Source: Clostridiales bacterium (lineage in GTDB: Bacteria > Bacillota > Clostridia > Oscillospirales > Oscillospiraceae). Taken from it: a stretch of DNA of 64,000 nucleotides. Under the pieces are notes generated by a model, which was given only the letters and a program-made list of their open reading frames with translations, was not told the DNA's origin and searched no databases. The stretch covers positions 32,251 through 96,250 of the forward strand of contig QAMJ01000017.1 in assembly GCA_003150355.1 (NCBI GenBank), written 5' to 3'. Every line of letters begins with the position of its first letter. The stretch's first letter is position 1. Shown piece after piece: positions 26,194 to 34,606 of the stretch. The position numbers were made by a program, and so were the translations under genes.

Positions 26194-27465
26194 TCAGAAA
26201 ACAAGATTTGGGATGAACGACTGTACCTGCGGGAAAAGGGTAACGATAAGGAGCACCACGAAGACCACGCCCATAACGTAAAGAACGTCGGGGAAGCTGT
26301 CCTCTATGCGTATACCGACTATGCGGCAGCCGGTGAACAGGCAGACCGACAGCGGGGGAGTGAGAGATCCGATCGCGGTGTTCATAAGGAGGATAATGCC
26401 GAACTGTACCGGGGTGTATCCGAAGCCGGTCATTATCGGGAGAAGGATCGGGGTCATAAGGATGATTATGGATACCGTCTCCATAAAGGTGCCGAGGATA
26501 AGAAGGATGACAGTGATAACGGCGATGATAAGCACCTTGCTGCTGGTTATGCCCATGAGCCATGCCGTGAAGTTCTGGGGGACGTTCTCGATGGCGAGTA
26601 TCCAGCCCAGCGGAGTTGCCGCGGCAATTATCAGAAGGATGACCGCGCTGCCTATCGCGCTGTCAGCCGCGACCTTTATGAACTGCTTGAGAGTCAGCTC
26701 CTTGTATACGAACACCGCAAGCAGGAACGCATACACGCAGGAGACGACGGCGGACTCGGTGGGAGTGAACATTCCGGACATGACACCGCCGAGGATGATG
26801 ACGGGGGTCATAAGCGGCAGGAGAGCATCGGCAATGATGAACATGATCTCCTTGAAATTATGCTTGACATAGCCGCTGGGGTAGTTTCTCTTGACGGCCA
26901 GAAAAACGATGAGCGCCATGAGGCCGAAGATAACGAGGCAGCCGGGGATGATGCCGGCAAGGAACATTTCGCCGATGGATGCACCGGACGAGCTGCCGTA
27001 GACGACCATGACGAGAGAGGGCGGGATAAGGCTTGCCATAGCGCCGCCCGCTGCCATCAGGGAAGCGGTGATGCCTTTGCCGTAGCCGTCCTTGACCATT
27101 TCAGGCCCCATGAGACCGCCGATAGCCGCAGTGCTTGCGACACCGGAGCCGGAGACCGCGCCGAAAAAGCCGAGAGCCGCGCAGCCGGCTGCGCCGAGAC
27201 CGCCCGGCATCCTGCCGACGATCAGCTTTGCGAGGCGCATAAGGCGCGGCGAGCTGCCGTAGGCCATGATCGCACCGGAGAGCATGAACATCGGAAGCGC
27301 CATCATGGTGAAGGAGCTGACGCCCTCACACATTCTCTGGGCGATGATGGAGAAAGAGCCGCCGGAGGTCATTATGAACGCAAGGCAGCTCATGCCTATC
27401 GAGAAGCCGACGGGTACGCCGATGAGAAGAGTCACCAGCATGACCGCAAAAAGAACACCTATCAT
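26194..27465 (-). CDS. TRAP transporter large permease (DctM family), system 2
   Basis: 423 aa polytopic protein. Overlaps the dctQ stop. Confidence 0.9.
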   Translation of the reverse strand: MIGVLFAVMLVTLLIGVPVGFSIGMSCLAFIMTSGGSFSIIAQRMCEGVSSFTMMALPMFMLSGAIMAYGSSPRLMRLAKLIVGRMPGGLGAAGCAALGFFGAVSGSGVASTAAIGGLMGPEMVKDGYGKGITASLMAAGGAMASLIPPSLVMVVYGSSSGASIGEMFLAGIIPGCLVIFGLMALIVFLAVKRNYPSGYVKHNFKEIMFIIADALLPLMTPVIILGGVMSGMFTPTESAVVSCVYAFLLAVFVYKELTLKQFIKVAADSAIGSAVILLIIAAATPLGWILAIENVPQNFTAWLMGITSSKVLIIAVITVILLILGTFMETVSIIILMTPILLPIMTGFGYTPVQFGIILLMNTAIGSLTPPLSVCLFTGCRIVGIRIEDSFPDVLYVMGVVFVVLLIVTLFPQVQSFIPNLVF

Positions 27466-27953
27466 TCTTTTCTGTCTCCTTTCCCGGCCTCACGGCCTTC
27501 TTTTATCTTCTGTATCGCAAGAACAACGAAGTAAACGACCATGATAACGCTGCCGGCGATAACGGCAAAATAGTTCACGGCGTTCGGGATATGCAGGCCG
27601 GAGCTGTAGATGGTGAGGTTCTTCTTGAATACAGGCAGAGAGATATACGCGAGAGCCACCGTGAACACAGCGCAGAGGATGTTGCTGAAGGCAAGGATAT
27701 ATGCCTTTATTTTCGGACTGAAAAGAGAAACGAAGAAGTCGATCCTCGTGTGGCTGTCGCGGGCGACAGCGAGAGCGGAGCCGAAGAAGGTCACCCATAC
27801 CATGGAGAAGAGGACGATCTCATCGGTCCAGATAAACGATTTGCCGAAGAACACGCGGTTCGCAACCTGCGCAAATGAACACAGGCACATAAGGATCATA
27901 AGAAAAGCGCAGAGCTTCTCCATGACGGAATTCATTATTTTATAAGCTTTCAT
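27462..27953 (-). CDS. TRAP transporter small permease (DctQ family), system 2
   Basis: 163 aa with four TM segments, located between the dctP and dctM genes. Confidence 0.8.
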   Translation of the reverse strand: MKAYKIMNSVMEKLCAFLMILMCLCSFAQVANRVFFGKSFIWTDEIVLFSMVWVTFFGSALAVARDSHTRIDFFVSLFSPKIKAYILAFSNILCAVFTVALAYISLPVFKKNLTIYSSGLHIPNAVNYFAVIAGSVIMVVYFVVLAIQKIKEGREAGKGDRKE

Positions 27954-28060
27954 ATATCTTTCCTTTCATGTATGCGAGCCGCAGTTGACAGCGGTGCGGC
28001 TTCCTTAAAGCCCCGGAATACCTTGCGGTACCCCGGGGCCCGTAACATGCAGCTTAGATA

Positions 28061-29122
28061 TTATGCGAGGGGTTCCTGGCCGGAAGAGGTCAGAGCGAGG
28101 TTGACAGCGTCGGTGCCGTACTTGTCGGTGTACAGAGCCCAGACGGAGTCCATTGCGGACTTGAAGGCTTCAGCATCGATCTCGTTGACTTCCATGCCGT
28201 TGTCCTTGCAGGTCTGGATCATATCTGCCTCAGACTCGCTGCTGAGCTGTCTGTCATAGTCGCGGCACTCTTCGGATGCGGCCTGGATGATCTCCTGATA
28301 CTCGGCAGGCAGGCTTGCCCAGAAGTCGGGGTTGACGATGAAGAGCGCGGTGGAGTAGAAGTGTCCGGACAGGGAGAGGTACTTCTGAACATCATAGAAG
28401 CCGTTGGCGGTGATGATGGACAGGGGGTTCTCCTGGCCGTCGACAGTGCCCTGCTGGAGAGCGGTGTAGAGCTCGCTGAAGTTGATGATGGTCGCGGAAG
28501 CACCGAGAGCCTCAAACATCTTCACGCGGATCTCAGACTGTGCGGAACGGAACTTGATGCCGGCCATGTCTGCGGGAGTGTAGATCGGGCGGACATTGTT
28601 GGTGAAGTGACGGAAGCCGCTTTCCCAGAAGCAGAGGACCTTCAGGCCGGTGGGCTCGATCCAGTTCTCTTTCACGTAGTCGCCGTAAGCGCCGTCGAAA
28701 GCGGCTCTTGCGGACTCAACATCGGGATACATAAAGGGCAGTTCCTCGATTGCGGTCTCGGGAACCATGCTCTGCCAGTTGGACATACCCATGACCATTG
28801 CTGCGGTCAGGGAGCCGTCAATGACCTGCTGGATCTCTTCGAGCTCGCCGCCGAGAACGCTGCTGTCATAAATGTCGACCTTGACGCCGCCGTTGGTCTG
28901 GCTCTCGACCATGTCCTTAAACTTGACAAGGGCGAGGTGAGCGGGATGGGACTGGGAGTTGACGTGCGCTATCTTGAGGGTATAGGTCTTTTCAGGGGCT
29001 GCGTCTGCCTTTGCCTCTGCTGCCGGTGCAGCGCTGCTGTCCTGAGCGGGGGTGCTGCTACCGCAGGCGGCCAGAGCAAATACCATGGCTGCTGCGAGGA
29101 TGATTGCCAGGAATCTTTTCAT
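28061..29122 (-). CDS. TRAP transporter substrate-binding lipoprotein (DctP family), system 2
   Basis: Lipobox LAACG. Classical DctP segment YTLKIAHVNSQSHPAHLALVKFKDMVE. Confidence 0.85.
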   Translation of the reverse strand: MKRFLAIILAAAMVFALAACGSSTPAQDSSAAPAAEAKADAAPEKTYTLKIAHVNSQSHPAHLALVKFKDMVESQTNGGVKVDIYDSSVLGGELEEIQQVIDGSLTAAMVMGMSNWQSMVPETAIEELPFMYPDVESARAAFDGAYGDYVKENWIEPTGLKVLCFWESGFRHFTNNVRPIYTPADMAGIKFRSAQSEIRVKMFEALGASATIINFSELYTALQQGTVDGQENPLSIITANGFYDVQKYLSLSGHFYSTALFIVNPDFWASLPAEYQEIIQAASEECRDYDRQLSSESEADMIQTCKDNGMEVNEIDAEAFKSAMDSVWALYTDKYGTDAVNLALTSSGQEPLA

Positions 29123-29241
29123 TTCTCATATCTCCTTTTTCGGTTTATTGGTACGGTCTTCGAACCAATTTCGCTTTTTAAGCTACCACACGAATTTTGA
29201 AGTGTCAATACGGTTTTGACAAGACCTACGTTTGGAACAAA

Positions 29242-29268
29242 AAAATGGTACAAAGATTGTACCATTTT
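29242..29268. promoter_or_regulatory. 11-bp perfect inverted repeat AAAATGGTACA-N5-TGTACCATTTT (candidate GntR/FadR operator)
   Basis: Located in the divergent region between the TRAP system 2 operon and the GntR gene. The core TGGTACA..TGTACCA fits the GT-N-AC logic of GntR-family operators. Confidence 0.5.
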
Positions 29269-29334
29269 ACCAATAGCTTATCCGCGCACTTTGGAGTACA
29301 ATAATTGTAATAATGATAGAAATGGAATAGCTGT

Positions 29335-30075
29335 ATGTTCGCACCAATTTCCAAACAAACCGTCGTAGAAAACATCATAAATACCATCCTTGAGATGATA
29401 GCAAAGGGAGAGATCAGGCCGGGAAGCTCCCTGCCAAGCGAGCGCGAGCTTGCCTGCCGGCTCAATGTCAGCAGGTCGTCCCTGCGTGAGGCGCTGAAAG
29501 CGCTTGCCTATGAGGGCATAGTGGAAATAAGGCAGGGCTCCGGGACTTATCTGACCGATAAGGCCGTGACCACGACGGCTCCGTTCTTCTCAAATGCGGA
29601 GCAGCTCCTGAGGCAGCACTGCTCCGACTATGACCAGATACTGGAGACAAGGTACATACTTGAGACGGAGATGGTCGCGCTGACGGCGGTGCGTATCGAC
29701 GACGCGGGCATAAATGAGCTGCGTGCATCAATCGGGCGAATGAAGGAGCTGCTTGACGCCTGCTCGTATGAAGCGTACACGATGGAGGATCTGTCTTTCC
29801 ACAACTCCATTGCCAAAAACTGCCGCAACTCCTACCTGTACAGCGCTTACAACATGCTGTTCCCGACCATTGTTGATATAAGCAAGCTCGGCGAGACGGT
29901 GCCTGACAGGCACTGGCCGTCGTATCAGCAGCACATCGGCCTGTTTGAAGCCATTTCGGCGCGCGACGCGGAATTGGCAAAAAAACGCATGGCAGAGCAT
30001 GTGCATTACTGCGGCGAGAATGTGGCGCTGTTCTATTCTTCCGTCGCACTGGAGAGCGCGCCGACCGGAAAGTGA
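29335..30075 (+). CDS. GntR/FadR-family transcriptional regulator (FCD domain)
   Basis: N-terminal wHTH (GSSLPSERELACRLNVSRSSLREALKALAYEGIVEIRQGSGTYL) and an all-helical C-terminal domain. Confidence 0.85.
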   Translation: MFAPISKQTVVENIINTILEMIAKGEIRPGSSLPSERELACRLNVSRSSLREALKALAYEGIVEIRQGSGTYLTDKAVTTTAPFFSNAEQLLRQHCSDYDQILETRYILETEMVALTAVRIDDAGINELRASIGRMKELLDACSYEAYTMEDLSFHNSIAKNCRNSYLYSAYNMLFPTIVDISKLGETVPDRHWPSYQQHIGLFEAISARDAELAKKRMAEHVHYCGENVALFYSSVALESAPTGK

Positions 30076-30112
30076 GCCGCTGAACGGCAGAAAACTGAAC
30101 AATATAAAACCG

Positions 30113-30149
30113 AGGCAGCCGTCCTTCACGGACGGCTGCCTTATTTTTT
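30113..30149 (+). terminator. rho-independent terminator after the GntR gene
   Basis: 12-bp stem AGGCAGCCGTCC/GGACGGCTGCCT, followed by TATTTTTT. Confidence 0.7.
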
Positions 30150-30247
30150 ATAAAGATGAAACGGATTTACAATTGAACATTATGTACAAAATGTAAACTC
30201 GTAAAATGGCAGCCTGACCAAAAATGCGTCGAGGCAGCAAAAATCGG

Positions 30248-30275
30248 TTGACATCGGCGGCAATTATGTTATTAT
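30248..30275 (+). promoter_or_regulatory. SigA-type promoter candidate for the TRAP system 3 operon
   Basis: TTGACA (30248-30253), 16-nt spacer, TATTAT (30270-30275). Confidence 0.45.
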
Positions 30276-30303
30276 GGCGGTGTAAAGTTTGCATAATTAA
30301 AAC

Positions 30304-30321
30304 AGATTTACAAATGTAAAC
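30304..30321. promoter_or_regulatory. operator-like palindrome AGATTTACAAATGTAAAC
   Basis: TTTACA-AA-TGTAAA inverted repeat about 30 nt downstream of the -10. A near-identical 15-mer occurs at 37186..37200. Related half-sites lie at 30164-30179, 30183-30198 and 40623-40630. Confidence 0.45.
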
Positions 30322-30383
30322 ATAAAGCATAAACACGGCAAATCAGCCTGAAGATAAATAAAAAAACAGGAAAGGGATGGACC

Positions 30384-30533
30384 ATGAAAAACATCGCCTG
30401 CATGGGCGCGTTTACGATCGGCCCCAAGCTTGCGGAAGAGCTTCTCAAGACGTGGCTGTCCTGCAAGTTCGATCCGAGCAGCCTGTCCGCACCAAAGGTG
30501 CAGGCCTATCACGATTACGACTACGCAAGGTAA
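30384..30533 (+). CDS. possible 49-aa leader ORF (below the ORF-track size cut-off)
   Basis: The ATG follows GGAAAGGGA. Translation is MKNIACMGAFTIGPKLAEELLKTWLSCKFDPSSLSAPKVQAYHDYDYAR. Third-position GC is high like neighbouring genes, in an otherwise AT-rich spacer. Confidence 0.3.
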   Translation: MKNIACMGAFTIGPKLAEELLKTWLSCKFDPSSLSAPKVQAYHDYDYAR

Positions 30534-30615
30534 TCGAAGCAGAGATCCCTGATCAAGGAATAAGACCGGAAAGGTTTATTCAATAAGCAAGAAGAATAAG
30601 AAAAGGAGAAACAAA

Positions 30616-31689
30616 ATGAAACGTATTCTTTCCATGATCCTTGCCCTGTGCATGGTATTTGCCCTCTGCGCATGCGGCAACAGCTCCGCTCCCGCACAGC
30701 AGACCACTGCTCCCGCAGCCGACAGCGCTGCCGCAGACACCGCCGCTGCTGCACCCGAGATCAAGTTCACCATTTCCACCGACGCTGCAAACCGCACCCA
30801 GTACTGCGAGCTGTTCGTCAAGAACCTCGAAGAGGCTTCCAACGGCCGCATCAAGGGCGAAGTCCTTGCAGCAAACTCCCTCGGCAGCTGCAATGACATG
30901 TGCCAGATGCTCCAGCTCGGCACCCTCGACATCATGCTGTCCGACGATATGTCCGTTGACAGCAACCTGAACGGCGCACTCGGCTTCGCATGGCTGCCCG
31001 GCCTGGTCGCAGACTATGATGAAGCTGACCAGTACTACAACTTCGGCTGGATCGCTGAGAAGGTCGGCGAGATCATGCTCGAGAACAACCTTATCCGTAT
31101 GTCCTCCTTCTGCAACGGCTTCCGTCAGGTCGGCAACGTTGTCCGCCCCATCACCGAGATGAGCGACCTCGCTGGTCTCAAGATCCGTACTCCTTCCGTT
31201 TCCTCCATCGTTGACTTCTACGAGATGTGCGGCGCACTGCCCGTTATGATCGCAGGCTCCGAGGTTCTTTCCGCACTCCAGACCGGCACTGTTGACGGTC
31301 TCGACAACTCCGTTTACAACTACATCAACCAGGGCGTCACCGACGTCGTCAAGTACATCTGCGAACTGAACTACTGCTACGCAGGCGGCTGCTTCATCGC
31401 CGGTACTCCGTTCTGGAGCACTCTGAGCGCTGAGGATCAGGAACTCTTCCTCCAGTGCGCACAGGATGCATCCGATGTGTTCATCACTGACTTCCGCGCA
31501 GAGACCGACCGCATCCTCCAGGAAGGCGTTGACAATGGCCAGTGGGTCATCACTCAGCCCTCCGAAGAGATGCAGGCAGCTCTCCAGGAGATCTACACCC
31601 AAATCTGGGAAAGCTCCCGCGAGACCTACGGTGACGAGATCATGGACGTCATCATCAGCGGCCAGTACAAGGAACTGTCCAACAAGTAA
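30616..31689 (+). CDS. TRAP transporter substrate-binding lipoprotein (DctP family), system 3
   Basis: Lipobox LCACG with an Ala-rich linker and a DctP-like body. Confidence 0.85.
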   Translation: MKRILSMILALCMVFALCACGNSSAPAQQTTAPAADSAAADTAAAAPEIKFTISTDAANRTQYCELFVKNLEEASNGRIKGEVLAANSLGSCNDMCQMLQLGTLDIMLSDDMSVDSNLNGALGFAWLPGLVADYDEADQYYNFGWIAEKVGEIMLENNLIRMSSFCNGFRQVGNVVRPITEMSDLAGLKIRTPSVSSIVDFYEMCGALPVMIAGSEVLSALQTGTVDGLDNSVYNYINQGVTDVVKYICELNYCYAGGCFIAGTPFWSTLSAEDQELFLQCAQDASDVFITDFRAETDRILQEGVDNGQWVITQPSEEMQAALQEIYTQIWESSRETYGDEIMDVIISGQYKELSNK

Positions 31690-31780
31690 TAAACAGTCGG
31701 ACGATTCAAGAGAGGGATTGGGGGTATATTCCTCCAATCCCTCTTACAGAATCCTTTAGCTTCATACGGAGGTATGCTTA

Positions 31781-32317
31781 ATGTCAAAATCAAGAAACAG
31801 CGTGTTCACTGTGCTGGACACCGTAAACTCCGCAATCCTGAAGGTTGAAGAATTCCTTCTCGGCATTATAACCATTGCCCTTGTTGCAGCGATCTTTGTA
31901 GAAGTCTCATGCAGATATATCTTTATGGTATCCACCGCATGGAGCGAAGAGCTTGCGCGATACCTCTTTGTAATGCTGACCTTTGTCGGTTCTTCCTATG
32001 CCTACTATAAGCATGACCATATCGAGATCGACATCCTCAACCAGGTGATCCGCTCCTCAAAGAAAATAAAGAACAAGGACCGTGTGATCAAGGCGGTCAA
32101 CATGATCGGCAACATTTCCACGATGATCTTCCTCGTGATTTTCAACCATATTTTCTGGACGTATCTTATGCAGATAAAGAAGATGGGGCTGCTGTCCCCG
32201 ACCATGCATCTGCCTATGGTGTGGGTCTATTCTTTCGTCTGGATAGGCGGAGCGCTCACAGTCGTACACGGCGTGTACATGCTGCTGTGCGACGTGTTCA
32301 AGCATGAAGAAGCATGA
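31781..32317 (+). CDS. TRAP transporter small permease (DctQ family), system 3
   Basis: 178 aa with four TM segments, located between the dctP and dctM genes. Confidence 0.8.
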   Translation: MSKSRNSVFTVLDTVNSAILKVEEFLLGIITIALVAAIFVEVSCRYIFMVSTAWSEELARYLFVMLTFVGSSYAYYKHDHIEIDILNQVIRSSKKIKNKDRVIKAVNMIGNISTMIFLVIFNHIFWTYLMQIKKMGLLSPTMHLPMVWVYSFVWIGGALTVVHGVYMLLCDVFKHEEA

Positions 32318-32339
32318 GCAATGAAAAGGAGATAAGAAT

Positions 32340-33656
32340 ATGAGTGCAGCAATATCATTACTGATGTTTATAGGAACTTTCCTGATCTTTGCAATGCTTT
32401 TCAGAATGCCCGTCGCACACAGCCTCGGCGCAGCTTCCCTCATGGTTTTCATCACATGCAACCTGAACACGATCACCGTCGGTCAGGCGGCGTTCAACTC
32501 TCTGGACAGCTTTGCATTCCTGGCGATACCGTTCTACATATATGCCGGTACCATCATGGAGCACAGCGGCATATCCAAGACCCTCATTGACTGGCTCAAG
32601 GGGCTTATCGGCAGAGTCCGCGGCGCGCTCGGCATCATCTGCACGCTCGCATCCATGGCTTTCGGCGTCCTGACCGGTTCCGCAATGGCGACCATAAGCG
32701 CCATCGGCAAGGTCATGGCTCCCGAAATGGAGAAGGAGGGCTATCCCCCCGCATATACGAGCGCTCTGCTTTCCGCGACCTGCTTCCTCGGCATCCTTAT
32801 CCCGCCCAGCGTCCCCGGCATCATGTACGCGCTCAGCGCCGGTGAGAAGATATCCGACGTATGGATGGTCACCGTCGGACCCGCGCTCATTTTCGCGGTC
32901 GGCTACATGATAGTCAACTATCTGCGCATCGGCCGCAAGATCGACAAGGCCAGCCTGCCGGCAGCCCTGTCCAGCACGGCCTATCTCAAGAACCTCGGCA
33001 AGAGCACCCTCAACGCTATCCCAGCAATAATGATGCCCGTTATCATTTACGGCTGCATCTACGGCGGCGTCTGCACCCCCACCGAGGCGGGCGCGCTCAG
33101 CGCGGTCTACGGTATTCTCTACTGGATCGTGATCAAAGTCGGCCAGCACAAGAAGACCACCGCTACTTTCTGGCAGGTCGCAGTTATTTCCGGTATTTCC
33201 ACCGCGGCCATCGGCCTGCTCAACGCATATGCCGGTGTTTCCGGCAAGGCCCTCACTCTGGCTGGCATCTCCAATTACCTGTCCGCGGCTGTTACCTCGA
33301 ACATCTCCAGCCGTGTGGAATTCCTGATCCTTGTCAACGTTCTGTTCCTGTTCATGGGAACGTTCATGGATATCAACGCAACGATACTCATTATGACTCC
33401 GCTGCTGCTGCCCGTGGCAAAGACCTACGGCATCACTGCGATCCACTTCGGCGCGATCATCCTTGTTAACATGTGCGTCGGCTTTATGACGCCGCCTTTC
33501 GCTGCCGGTATCTTTGTCAGCACGAAGATAACAGGCGCGAACTTCGGCGCGACGGTGAAAGAAGTTCTGCCGTTTATTCTGGTGGGACTTGTGGCAATCA
33601 TAATCACTACCGCCTGCCCCGGCTTCCTTATGTTCTTCGTCAATCTGCTTGGTTAA
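32340..33656 (+). CDS. TRAP transporter large permease (DctM family), system 3
   Basis: 438 aa polytopic protein. Confidence 0.9.
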   Translation: MSAAISLLMFIGTFLIFAMLFRMPVAHSLGAASLMVFITCNLNTITVGQAAFNSLDSFAFLAIPFYIYAGTIMEHSGISKTLIDWLKGLIGRVRGALGIICTLASMAFGVLTGSAMATISAIGKVMAPEMEKEGYPPAYTSALLSATCFLGILIPPSVPGIMYALSAGEKISDVWMVTVGPALIFAVGYMIVNYLRIGRKIDKASLPAALSSTAYLKNLGKSTLNAIPAIMMPVIIYGCIYGGVCTPTEAGALSAVYGILYWIVIKVGQHKKTTATFWQVAVISGISTAAIGLLNAYAGVSGKALTLAGISNYLSAAVTSNISSRVEFLILVNVLFLFMGTFMDINATILIMTPLLLPVAKTYGITAIHFGAIILVNMCVGFMTPPFAAGIFVSTKITGANFGATVKEVLPFILVGLVAIIITTACPGFLMFFVNLLG

Positions 33657-33694
33657 TAAAGCAATAAATATCAGAAAGGATTTGAGGTGTAACA

Positions 33695-34564
33695 ATGAAC
33701 ATCTACGAAAAAAGAGCTGCCTTTAAAAAGAAAGTCATGGAGAGCGAGGATATGCTCACTCTGGTCGGCGCATTCGACGGCATCACCGCGCGCCTGGTTC
33801 AGCACGTCGGCTTCGACGGCGCGTACATGGGCGGTCAGGCTGCCGCATCCAGCATGCTCGGCGTTCCCGATATCGGCCTTGTGACCGCTACCGAGCAGGT
33901 CAAGCACGCGCATGATCTGGCTTCCTGCATCGATATGCCTTTCCTCATGGACGCCGACACCGGCTACGGCAACGAGGTCAACGCAAGACGCACCATCCAT
34001 GATCTTGAGGACGCCGGTATTTACGGCGCACACTTCGAGGATCAGGTGACCCCCAAGCGCTGCGGCGGCATGAGCGGTGTTCAGGTCATTTCCATGGAAG
34101 AGTACCTCAAGAAGCTGGAAATGATCCTCAAGTACAGAAGAGACCCCAACTTCATGGTCATCGGCAGAACGGACGCAGCTTCCGTTTACGGCCTTGACGA
34201 GGCTATCCGCCGCGGCAACATGATGGCCGACGCCGGGGCAGACATGGTGTTCTACGGCCACGTCCTCAAGAACCTCGACGAGATCAAGCGCGTATGCGAC
34301 GAGACCAAGGTCCCCGTCATGTACTGCCTGATGGAGTTCAGCCGCGACGTATGCTTCACCCTTGACGAGCTCAAGGCGGCGGGCGTGCGCATCTGCATCT
34401 GGCCCAACGGCCTGTGGATGCGCTGGTGGAAGGCTGCACATGACCTGATGGTCCAGTTCAAGGAGACCGGCGACCCCAAGACCTTCTTCGATGATCTCTA
34501 CACTCCCGCTGAGTGCAACGAGCTGCTCGGCATCAAGGAATGGAACCCGAGCGCAGCGGAATAA
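33695..34564 (+). CDS. isocitrate lyase/PEP mutase superfamily enzyme (methylisocitrate-lyase or oxaloacetate-decarboxylase-like)
   Basis: MDADTGYGN, FEDQVTPKRCGG (a KRCGG variant of the KRCGH loop), IGRTDA, and 289 aa length. Confidence 0.8.
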   Translation: MNIYEKRAAFKKKVMESEDMLTLVGAFDGITARLVQHVGFDGAYMGGQAAASSMLGVPDIGLVTATEQVKHAHDLASCIDMPFLMDADTGYGNEVNARRTIHDLEDAGIYGAHFEDQVTPKRCGGMSGVQVISMEEYLKKLEMILKYRRDPNFMVIGRTDAASVYGLDEAIRRGNMMADAGADMVFYGHVLKNLDEIKRVCDETKVPVMYCLMEFSRDVCFTLDELKAAGVRICIWPNGLWMRWWKAAHDLMVQFKETGDPKTFFDDLYTPAECNELLGIKEWNPSAAE

Positions 34565-34606
34565 CGGTATAATTTACCGATATTTCTGCAATGCTTGGTG
34601 AGCCGT

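Noticed and set aside
30377-30586. 69-aa ORF from the ORF track in the TRAP system 3 leader
   Set aside because: The translation (MDHEKHRLHGRVYDRPQACGRASQ...) is Arg-rich and lacks an RBS. The overlapping 49-codon frame starting at 30384 has the RBS and native codon bias, so I reported that one instead, at low confidence.
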